27,989 nt of DNA, taken from IMG/VR virus record IMGVR_UViG_3300020044_003358, positions 1 through 27,989 of that record; one strand, written 5' to 3'. This stretch comes from a virus (Duplodnaviria; Caudoviricetes). The stretch's first letter is position 1. The number at the start of each line of letters is the position of its first letter. The notes beneath the pieces are model-generated. The model was not told where the DNA came from and searched no databases. It saw nothing but the letters and a program-made list of their open reading frames with translations. This document shows positions 1 through 6,892 of the stretch, piece after piece. Position numbers and translations under genes: made by a program.

Positions 1-81
1 CTTAACCAAAACTATGCGTGTCTTTGGACAATAGAACAGATTGATAATTGGGCAATAGAATGTTTGGGATTACATATTTAA
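1..81 (+). CDS. 3' end of probable VRR-NUC domain nuclease (partial)
   Basis: Frame 1 reads LNQNYACLWTIEQIDNWAIECLGLHI* (not in ORF track). Resembles, from recall, the C-terminus of phage VRR-NUC proteins, which usually lie upstream of an SNF2 helicase as here. Confidence 0.6.
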   Translation, partial: LNQNYACLWTIEQIDNWAIECLGLHI

Positions 82-170
82 TTAGATTGATTATATGTTT
101 AGTAATTTTAACGGTCATGCTTCCGCTGGCCATCATTAATTTAGGGGTAATGAAATGGAAAGAGAAATAG
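60..170 (+). CDS. Small hydrophobic (membrane) peptide, 36 aa
   Basis: Hand translation MFGITYLIRLIICLVILTVMLPLAIINLGVMKWKEK*. It fills the gap between neighbours and overlaps both. Confidence 0.4.
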   Translation: MFGITYLIRLIICLVILTVMLPLAIINLGVMKWKEK

Positions 171-337
171 ATCAAGACATAGACTGGTTGTATGCACAAA
201 CTGTAAAAGGTGGGCTTAAACGTCCAACTGAGAAACAGGAAGATGAATTTGATTATCTAGTAAGCCGATATAGACGGTTGTTAGGCTTAACTGTATCTTC
301 AGCCAGAACAAGAGCTTTCAAAGAAGTTATGATGTAA
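155..337 (+). CDS. Hypothetical protein, 60 aa
   Basis: ORF track; GGGG purine run upstream of the ATG; co-oriented with neighbours. Confidence 0.65.
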   Translation: MEREIDQDIDWLYAQTVKGGLKRPTEKQEDEFDYLVSRYRRLLGLTVSSARTRAFKEVMM

Positions 338-373
338 TTAACGTTTCCACCAATAAACTTATGGAGTTATCCA

Positions 374-589
374 ATGCCCGACAAAAAGATGGTTGGGGGT
401 AAGCACTACTTATTACCGATCCAACCCGTTACTTACATCCATGCTAACAATATACCGTTTATGGAAGGTAACATTATAAAGTACATTACGCGCCATCGAA
501 GCAAGAATGGCGCAGAAGATATAAAGAAAATCATACACTACTGTGAACTAATCTTGGAGCTTGAATACAATGAACGACCTACAACGTGA
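374..589 (+). CDS. DUF3310 (SaV-like) protein
   Basis: Motif VGGKHY...IQPVTYI...FMEGNIIKYITR...KNGAEDIKK is typical of DUF3310; GGAG Shine-Dalgarno upstream. Confidence 0.85.
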   Translation: MPDKKMVGGKHYLLPIQPVTYIHANNIPFMEGNIIKYITRHRSKNGAEDIKKIIHYCELILELEYNERPTT

Positions 590-1040
590 AGCACAACGAA
601 AAAGATGCCTTGAGTATTACCATAAGAACAAAAAAGCCATACATGAACGAGTTATGTTGAAACGCAAAGCGGATAAATTAAAAGCTAATGTTGTAATTCT
701 TCCTCCAGTACCTCAAAAAAGCATCACCAAGAAAGAAATAATGGCTTTAATCGGCATTAAAGCATTGATGATGGATAAGATCATTAAAGATTCTAAATAT
801 TGTATGCCTAAGCATGTCGCCACCCATATTGACGGTTCAATTCTATTCAACCGAGCCGAGATTATGGATTGGCTTCCTTATATTAGAGAAGTCTGCGCGT
901 TCATGTTTAAACGACCTCCGATCAAATTAACTGGAATGGCAGCACAGATTGTTCAGTTCATGCACCGCAGTAAAGACATGGAGTTGTATTGCGATGAATT
1001 AAGACGTAAACAGTTAGATGGAAGAATTAATAATGGCTAG
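570..1040 (+). CDS. DNA-binding protein with AlpA/excisionase-like HTH
   Basis: Basic N-terminus (YYHKNKKAI), then ITKKEIMALIGIK...MPK...ILFNRAEIMDWL, which fits the AlpA/Xis winged-helix pattern. ATG at 570 follows GGAG. Confidence 0.6.
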   Translation: MNDLQREAQRKRCLEYYHKNKKAIHERVMLKRKADKLKANVVILPPVPQKSITKKEIMALIGIKALMMDKIIKDSKYCMPKHVATHIDGSILFNRAEIMDWLPYIREVCAFMFKRPPIKLTGMAAQIVQFMHRSKDMELYCDELRRKQLDGRINNG

Positions 1041-1311
1041 GGATGTAGACTACGCCCTCATATTGCAAGTGCTTTATAGCAGAGGCTACACCTTAGCTAG
1101 TATATCAAAAGTTACAGGTACAGCGGTAAGCTCATTATCTAATGTAAAAAAAGAAACTAAACCTGTACCAATTGGTTGGCATGATGGCTGGGAAGGAATG
1201 GCATTGCAAGACTATTACCGTAAAGCATTAGGTGAAGCACCACCCTATGTTGGGGATTACATTGAACTTGGAGAATATTGTGAAGAAAATGAAATATCCG
1301 CTACCTCATGA
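1033..1311 (+). CDS. Cro/C1-like HTH DNA-binding protein
   Basis: LYSRGYTLASISKVTGTAVSSLSNVKK is an HTH pattern. ATG at 1033 overlaps the end of the upstream gene. Confidence 0.65.
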   Translation: MARDVDYALILQVLYSRGYTLASISKVTGTAVSSLSNVKKETKPVPIGWHDGWEGMALQDYYRKALGEAPPYVGDYIELGEYCEENEISATS

Positions 1312-1483
1312 AAACGCACGTTGCTTAGGAAGCAACTGCGAAAAGAAAGAAAACTGCTCACGTTATCTATCTATTGAAGTAGATACAAAAGATTTCATGT
1401 GGCATGGTGACTTTAAAAAAGAACTGAATCAACTTGAATGTGACCTTTTTATAGATTTTAGGGACAATTACTATGAGCATTGA
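1280..1483 (+). CDS. Small Cys-rich phage protein
   Basis: ARCLGSNCEKKENCSRY...ECDLF, four Cys. GGAG at 1270-1273 precedes in-frame GTG 1280 (alternative ATG 1289). Confidence 0.65.
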   Translation: MKKMKYPLPHENARCLGSNCEKKENCSRYLSIEVDTKDFMWHGDFKKELNQLECDLFIDFRDNYYEH

Positions 1484-1853
1484 AAGAGAATTGTTAGTAG
1501 AAGCATTAGGGTGGATGGAAGAATTAAAATATGTGTATGCAGATTCACTAAACTCAGGCGACAGGCTTGCATTAGAGTTAAGAGCAGACATTAATAAGAT
1601 TGAGCTACTACTCACCCAACCTGAGCAGACTGAGCAAGAGCCTCTTTTAATAGAAACAAAGATTGAATGGTATGGGAAAGGGTTTAGACAAGGGGTCAAT
1701 GAGTTTGCACCACCCAAACCCCTAACAGAAGATGTTATATATGCTCTTGATAAAGAAGGAATTGTTGAAAATATGGACGATCATCAAGTCAGATACGTCA
1801 TTAGATGGATAAGAAGCGTAGAAAAAGCACACGGCATTGGAGGTGGGGGATGA
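1473..1853 (+). CDS. Hypothetical phage protein, 126 aa
   Basis: ORF track; overlaps neighbours. C-terminal PLT...IRSVEKAHGIG resembles a common phage accessory tail. Confidence 0.75.
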   Translation: MSIERELLVEALGWMEELKYVYADSLNSGDRLALELRADINKIELLLTQPEQTEQEPLLIETKIEWYGKGFRQGVNEFAPPKPLTEDVIYALDKEGIVENMDDHQVRYVIRWIRSVEKAHGIGGGG

Positions 1854-1990
1854 AAATTAAAAATAGGTGGTGTCGTCTAGCATGGTTTTTAGATGCTAAA
1901 AGAGAATGTAATAACTATAAATTTGAGTATATCCCACATAAACAAAGAGCTACTAAAGCCATGCACAGCATGTACTGGAGAGAGAAATGA
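1850..1990 (+). CDS. Hypothetical protein, 46 aa
   Basis: ATGA overlaps at both ends (1850-1853, 1987-1990); GGAGG upstream. Confidence 0.6.
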   Translation: MKIKNRWCRLAWFLDAKRECNNYKFEYIPHKQRATKAMHSMYWREK

Positions 1991-2283
1991 GCATTGAATA
2001 TCATAGATTAGAAATACCTATGGATTTGGAATTAAAGTGGGTTAAAAAAAAACTACATGAGCGTGATAAGCACATACTTAAATTAGCAGAAGAAAATAGT
2101 AAGTTACGAGAAGATATGCGAGAAGATATACGAGAAGGAATATCCCTCCGTGACCATTTTGCTGGAATGGCTATGCAGGGGTTATTGTCTTCAGATAAAG
2201 ATGCTAAATGGGCTGAAGACGATATTGCTTTGATTGCTTATGGTCAAGCTGATTCAATGTTAGAAAGAAGGGGGAAAAAATAA
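1987..2283 (+). CDS. Conserved phage hypothetical protein ('LRDYFAxxAMQ' family)
   Basis: GISLRDHFAGMAMQGLLS...AYGQADSMLERR is a widespread phage motif of unknown function. Confidence 0.8.
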   Translation: MSIEYHRLEIPMDLELKWVKKKLHERDKHILKLAEENSKLREDMREDIREGISLRDHFAGMAMQGLLSSDKDAKWAEDDIALIAYGQADSMLERRGKK

Positions 2284-2858
2284 TGATATACATTAAATGG
2301 TTCATATTACTGATTATAAATTTAGTAACAAACCTACTATCTTTACCTTTAGCGCCATTTGTAGCTTTGTTTGCAAATGAAGAAGGTTGGTTGCCTAGAT
2401 GGTTGTATTATTTTCAAACACAAGACAACCCTATTGATGGTGATGAAGGGTTTAAAACACTTTATGCGCCCTTTATCCCAGTTAAAAATAGCTACCAGCG
2501 GTGGCGTAACAGAACAGCATGGCTATGGAGGAATAAGCTCTATTATTTCTCATTTAAAGTTTTGAGCGTGAGATACAATCCTTTAAAAGAAATCTTAGTA
2601 GACTCAGGCGATGATGGTGTCGGCAATGGCGCACCCAACGTGCCGGGATCAGGTAAGTCTGGACTATCAGTAGCAAAACTGTACCGAGGCAAAAAATTAA
2701 TAGCGTTTAAATATTACTACATAAGGCAATACAAAAGCCATCCTGATAAGTGCATTAGACTACTTATCGGTTGGAAACTTGCCGGATATATTGATGGTGA
2801 TGAACGAGTGGCTACATTCGGATTTTCACCAAGCCCTTGGATGCACTTTATTAAATAA
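2283..2858 (+). CDS. Conserved phage membrane protein (WLPxWL..FQTxDN.DGD / WLWRN family)
   Basis: N-terminal hydrophobic helix, then WLPRWLYYFQTQDNPIDGDEGF and WLWRN; TAATG overlap with the upstream gene. Confidence 0.75.
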   Translation: MIYIKWFILLIINLVTNLLSLPLAPFVALFANEEGWLPRWLYYFQTQDNPIDGDEGFKTLYAPFIPVKNSYQRWRNRTAWLWRNKLYYFSFKVLSVRYNPLKEILVDSGDDGVGNGAPNVPGSGKSGLSVAKLYRGKKLIAFKYYYIRQYKSHPDKCIRLLIGWKLAGYIDGDERVATFGFSPSPWMHFIK

Positions 2859-2926
2859 TTATATGGCTAATAAGACAACTAATAAACAACGTAAGAAAAA
2901 CGTTTTCAAAGCTAACGAGCGCAGTT

Positions 2927-3046
2927 ATGAAACCAAAAATTAAACGAGTAGGACGATTTTGGGTTTGTGGAGGGCCTTACGAAATTGCAGGGTATGGGCG
3001 CACTCCTTGTGAAGCCTATTTAAATTGGAGAAACCAATGGTTTTAA
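2927..3046 (+). CDS. Small conserved phage protein, 39 aa
   Basis: Hand translation MKPKIKRVGRFWVCGGPYEIAGYGRTPCEAYLNWRNQWF*. KPxI..W.C..G.G.TP..AY..W is recalled from phage small proteins; overlaps the helicase start. Confidence 0.6.
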   Translation: MKPKIKRVGRFWVCGGPYEIAGYGRTPCEAYLNWRNQWF

Positions 3047-4380
3047 GACCTTATCAGGATGAAGCTGCTGATTTCTTGTACAGCCGTGATCGAGCGATGA
3101 TTCTTGCACCTGTTGGGGCTGGCAAGACGGCCATCACGCTAACAGCTATGCAAGCGATGATACAGGATGGGCATGTTAAACGATTTTTAGTCCTTGCACC
3201 TAAACGTGTGTGTACTGATGTTTGGAAGCAGGAAGGGCTTAAATGGGCTTCTAGCATATTCATTGAAATAGCGATAGGAACTGCTAAGAACAGAATAGCA
3301 GCGTTTAATTGCGCTGCTAATGTAATCGTTACCAATTACGATAATCTGTTATGGCTTTGCCGTGAACGTCCAGACTTGCTTCAAGGCTTTGACGGCATCG
3401 TTTTTGACGAGCTGACACGTTTGAAAAACCCATCTGGATCACGCTTTAAAGCCTTGTTCAAAGTGATAGACCTGTTCAAGATACGCTGGGGCTTGACCGG
3501 TTCGTTTACTAGCAATGGTTTAGAAGATGTGTTTGGGCAATGTAAAGTAGTAGACCAATCATTGCTAGGCAGAAGCAAAAACGCTTTTTTACAAAAGTAT
3601 TTTGTTCTGATGAATCGTGATTATGGTGAATGGGCTGCACGGCCTGACTCCTTACCTAAGATTATGAAAACTATCAAACCTGCTACCTATCTATTGGATG
3701 CAGGTGATTACGCTGATCTGATGCCACCTTTGCACATGGTTGAGATTAAATGCCAGATGGATATGGAACACTATAATACTATGAAGAAGGATTTAGTTGT
3801 AGCGTTTCCCAGTGCAACTGCGGTTGCAACTAATCTTGCAGTAGTGACGGGTAAACTTCAGCAAATGAGTTCTGGGTTTGTTTATCTCTCAACATCTTCT
3901 CCCAGTAAGTCGCCAGGTAAATTCAACACTTCCACACAATCATTATGGTTTTCTAGCCATAAATTCGATAGATTAGAAGAATTGCTTGCAGAAAATCAAA
4001 GAGATTGTACAATGATTTTTTACATGTACAAGGAAGAACTTGAAGAACTCAAACGGAGATACCCTCACGCTCAAACATTAGATGATCCTAATGCCGTTGA
4101 GCGTTGGAATACTGGGCAGATTGAGTTGTTGTTGGCACACCCTAAGAGCGCAGGGCATGGTTTGAATCTTCAACATCACGGCAATAAGATAGTGTTCTTA
4201 TCATTGCCGTGGTCATTGGAGTATTTTGAACAGGCAATCGGTCGTATTCACCGGAGTGGGCAGAAACGTGAAGTGTGGTGTTATATTTTAATGACTGAAA
4301 ATACTATAGACGAGCGCATTTATTCTGTCTTACAAGAAAAATGTACTTTATCTGAAATTGCAATAGCGGAGTTACGATGA
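3037..4380 (+). CDS. SNF2-family (SF2) DNA helicase
   Basis: Q-motif LRPYQ, Walker A APVGAGKT, Walker B VFDELT, motif III LTGS, SAGHGLNLQ, motif VI QAIGRIHRSGQ. ATG 3037 follows GGAG. Confidence 0.95.
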   Translation: MVLRPYQDEAADFLYSRDRAMILAPVGAGKTAITLTAMQAMIQDGHVKRFLVLAPKRVCTDVWKQEGLKWASSIFIEIAIGTAKNRIAAFNCAANVIVTNYDNLLWLCRERPDLLQGFDGIVFDELTRLKNPSGSRFKALFKVIDLFKIRWGLTGSFTSNGLEDVFGQCKVVDQSLLGRSKNAFLQKYFVLMNRDYGEWAARPDSLPKIMKTIKPATYLLDAGDYADLMPPLHMVEIKCQMDMEHYNTMKKDLVVAFPSATAVATNLAVVTGKLQQMSSGFVYLSTSSPSKSPGKFNTSTQSLWFSSHKFDRLEELLAENQRDCTMIFYMYKEELEELKRRYPHAQTLDDPNAVERWNTGQIELLLAHPKSAGHGLNLQHHGNKIVFLSLPWSLEYFEQAIGRIHRSGQKREVWCYILMTENTIDERIYSVLQEKCTLSEIAIAELR

Positions 4381-4562
4381 AATTAAGTTGGCGAAAACTA
4401 AATGAAGTATTACCGGATTTAGAAGAAGAAGAAGTTTTAACCCTTCTTGAGATGGAAAAAGTAGGTGCTAGACGTGCGATGGTTTTGATACGGCTACATC
4501 AACGCTTTTGCACCTTGAGGATGGCTAGAGAGCGCAATCAATTATTTGGGGAACATCAATGA
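4377..4562 (+). CDS. Conserved hypothetical protein, 61 aa
   Basis: ATGA overlaps on both sides; WRKLNE...RLHQRFCTLR..RER. Confidence 0.8.
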   Translation: MKLSWRKLNEVLPDLEEEEVLTLLEMEKVGARRAMVLIRLHQRFCTLRMARERNQLFGEHQ

Positions 4563-4879
4563 TCTTTTACAATTGCGATGAATTAGAAAATAAACTTTAT
4601 AAAGCTGGAATCATTAACATGATTCTATCCGTACTGCTGTGCATCTCATTGCTGTTTAATCTGCATTGTGCAATGGCAGAATCAATCAACTGCACAACTT
4701 TTGGTACTTTAACAACGTGTACTAATGGAATGACAATTAATAGAATGGCATTAGGTACAAACATTACTACACCTGAATTGCCGATCTTACCACCAATGGA
4801 GCAAATAGCACCTGCTATGCTAGTTGCCCCAATTCCTCAAATTCAGCCTATTGAGCCAATACCAGGCTTCAATAAGTAA
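4559..4879 (+). CDS. Predicted exported or membrane protein with Cys hairpin and Pro-rich tail
   Basis: Hydrophobic stretch ending AMA|E (signal-peptidase-like), CTTFGTLTTC, Pro-rich C-terminus. Confidence 0.65.
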   Translation: MIFYNCDELENKLYKAGIINMILSVLLCISLLFNLHCAMAESINCTTFGTLTTCTNGMTINRMALGTNITTPELPILPPMEQIAPAMLVAPIPQIQPIEPIPGFNK

Positions 4880-5041
4880 TTATTCAACTACTTCTTCAGC
4901 AGGCATCGCTTGAACTTGCGGGCCTGCTTGAAGTTGTATTTTTTGAATGACCGGAGCAACTTGGGTAAATTGACCAACTCCCAATGCGTTCATGATGATG
5001 TTTAGATCTTCTAATGACAATGTCAATGTAATTTCGTTCAT
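4880..5041 (-). CDS. Small phage protein, 53 aa (not in ORF track)
   Basis: Hand translation MNEITLTLSLEDLNIIMNALGVGQFTQVAPVIQKIQLQAGPQVQAMPAEEVVE*. ATGA overlap with the lysozyme stop; resembles small proteins often found beside fibre and lysis genes. Confidence 0.75.
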   Translation of the reverse strand: MNEITLTLSLEDLNIIMNALGVGQFTQVAPVIQKIQLQAGPQVQAMPAEEVVE

Positions 5042-5469
5042 GATAATATTAAATGTGCTTCTTTATTTCTACGAATAGTAAGACCTTTTAAGGCCTTACC
5101 GCCTGCTTTATCCCAACGTTTGATTTCAGACGCTGCGGAAATCCAATCATTAGTATCTACTTTTTTCTTCAGCGTTGAAGAAGTGTAACTACCAATGCCT
5201 AAATTATAAACAAAATCTGCTATTGCAGCTTGTTTTTCCATATTAACTGTTGCTAGTATGGGTGAAGCTTTAATCGCTTGATTAAGCACCTCTAATGCCG
5301 TTTTAATTAAATCTTCATCAGCTTGGTTTTGAGTCCATACCATGCCTTCTTTAATGCCTTTGGTTTGACCCCAGCCGATTGTTACCACACCAATACAATC
5401 TTTATATGCTTTTAACTTACATCCTTCTGATTCTTTAATAAGTTTGATTAATAGTTCTAATGCCGACAT
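5038..5469 (-). CDS. Endolysin, GH24 phage lysozyme
   Basis: Catalytic E-x8-D-x5-T (SEGCKLKAYKDCIGVVTIGWGQT), FVYNLG, GLTIRRNKE; no SAR segment. Confidence 0.95.
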   Translation of the reverse strand: MSALELLIKLIKESEGCKLKAYKDCIGVVTIGWGQTKGIKEGMVWTQNQADEDLIKTALEVLNQAIKASPILATVNMEKQAAIADFVYNLGIGSYTSSTLKKKVDTNDWISAASEIKRWDKAGGKALKGLTIRRNKEAHLILS

Positions 5470-5696
5470 TAACCTTTACCAAAAATGTATGCCACTACAG
5501 CAAATATAGCACCAACAGCAAAAACAATCCCTCCGAAGAATCCCTTGTTGTTTGCAGATTCTTTTTTAAGTTCATCAAGAGCCGTAAAAATTCTATCAGA
5601 CCTTCTTCTGGAATCTTCAAGTTCTTTATGAAGTTCTTGCGTAAGCCCTTCAATCTTTTGTTCTACTTTAGCAACTCTACAGTTAAGGTCAGTCAC
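5469..5696 (-). CDS. Coiled-coil plus C-terminal TM protein (holin/antiholin-like)
   Basis: Coiled coil then GFFGGIVFAVGAIFAVVAYIFG; directly upstream of the lysozyme with a 1-nt overlap. Confidence 0.65.
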   Translation of the reverse strand: MTDLNCRVAKVEQKIEGLTQELHKELEDSRRRSDRIFTALDELKKESANNKGFFGGIVFAVGAIFAVVAYIFGKG

Positions 5697-5707
5697 ATTG
5701 TTTCCTT

Positions 5708-5914
5708 TTAATCAACTTTAGTTAAAGGTTTTGCTTCTGATATAAAAAATCCTAAAGCCCCAAATATAACTGATCCAATATTAAGCGCATCTTGTACTTT
5801 GCCAGGATCAACATTAACACCGCCTAAAGCAGAAACGGCAGCTATTGAAGCCATAGTGCTAGGCTCAGATAATCTTGACTTCAACCATATAAATAAACCT
5901 AATAATTTACCCAT
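5708..5914 (-). CDS. Putative holin (two hydrophobic segments)
   Basis: RLSEPST motif, two hydrophobic segments, lysis-cassette position, GAGG upstream. Confidence 0.65.
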   Translation of the reverse strand: MGKLLGLFIWLKSRLSEPSTMASIAAVSALGGVNVDPGKVQDALNIGSVIFGALGFFISEAKPLTKVD

Positions 5915-5927
5915 TTATCTAACCTCG

Positions 5928-6872
5928 TTATGTTTTAATGATATACATCATTGCTACGTTTTTAGGACGGGTTTCTGTACCGCCAGTAATGCCAGTTACG
6001 CTGGATTGAATATTAGCAACGCCTGATGCAGTATCTGGAGTAATATCAGCTACACCTGCACCTGCAGTAAAGTTAAGAGAGCCAGTACCGCCAGCAACAC
6101 GCCCCATAGCATGAACATGCCCTGCATCAGTATGTGTATGTCCAGGGTCGGTAATTGGGCCAACTAAATCCGCTTGGGTAGAACCTAAGACACGTCCAAC
6201 ATCCACACCAGCGTTATCATCCCAACCACGAACGAAATATCCTCTTAGATCGGGAAGGTTGAAAGTTGTTGTGCCATCGCCTACCCCGTATAAAATACCG
6301 CAGACACCAAACAGATTAACATAAGTCGTTCTTGATACGGCTGCGCCATTACATTCTAAGTACCCTAATGGTACGACATTGCCAGCGTAAGCAGCTACAT
6401 GACCAATAGGGCCAGCAGCGCCTGTTATATTAATAGGCCAGTTAGCCCCAAAATCAGTAGTATCTTGTGAAGCAGTAAAATTAACACCATTCCATCCCAT
6501 GAAGATGTCAGTGTTAGATTGTGAAGTTGACGTGCCTGCAAATACATAAGGAGGTGCAAACGATGTCGGAGCGTTGATACCGTAAATGTTATCAAAAGTT
6601 GAGATAGCAGGGCCGTTAGTTTCACCGACTAAAGGAGCGCCTTGCAATACCATCTTGTAGATGCCATTCAGCCAAATTTCACCGCCTGTTTCACCCCTAG
6701 CGTTTAATATTATAGGGTTAGGCCAAGCGATTGTGCCTGCCGCATCTTGATAAGCGGTTAATGGTGTAGAAGTGCCAGCAGCGTAGAACCAAATAAGACC
6801 TCCATTTAAGAAAGTCCCATCATCGCTAAACTGCGCGTTTTGTAAAATCGGTGATAAGTAAGCTTGAGTCAT
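5928..6872 (-). CDS. Tail fibre protein: N-terminal attachment domain plus phage tail-collar domain
   Basis: N-terminus QFSDDGTFLNGGLIWFYAAGTSTP..Y.D...NPIILNARGE, at the position of the P22 tailspike gene. Collar motif PIGHVAAYAG..VPLGYLECNGAAVSRTTY..LF...TTFNLPDLRGYFVRG...ETRPKNVAMMYIIK. Confidence 0.9.
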   Translation of the reverse strand: MTQAYLSPILQNAQFSDDGTFLNGGLIWFYAAGTSTPLTAYQDAAGTIAWPNPIILNARGETGGEIWLNGIYKMVLQGAPLVGETNGPAISTFDNIYGINAPTSFAPPYVFAGTSTSQSNTDIFMGWNGVNFTASQDTTDFGANWPINITGAAGPIGHVAAYAGNVVPLGYLECNGAAVSRTTYVNLFGVCGILYGVGDGTTTFNLPDLRGYFVRGWDDNAGVDVGRVLGSTQADLVGPITDPGHTHTDAGHVHAMGRVAGGTGSLNFTAGAGVADITPDTASGVANIQSSVTGITGGTETRPKNVAMMYIIKT

Positions 6873-6892
6873 TTCAATTCCTAAAAATATGG

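Noticed and set aside
2107-2138. 12-bp tandem repeat cgagaagatat(g/a), about 2.6 copies
   Set aside because: Short in-frame slippage duplication (REDM-REDI-REG) with no evident function.
2-3578. Minus-strand ORFs in the left arm (2-199, 1367-1717, 3054-3335, 3381-3578)
   Set aside because: Antisense to a contiguous, coupled + strand operon.
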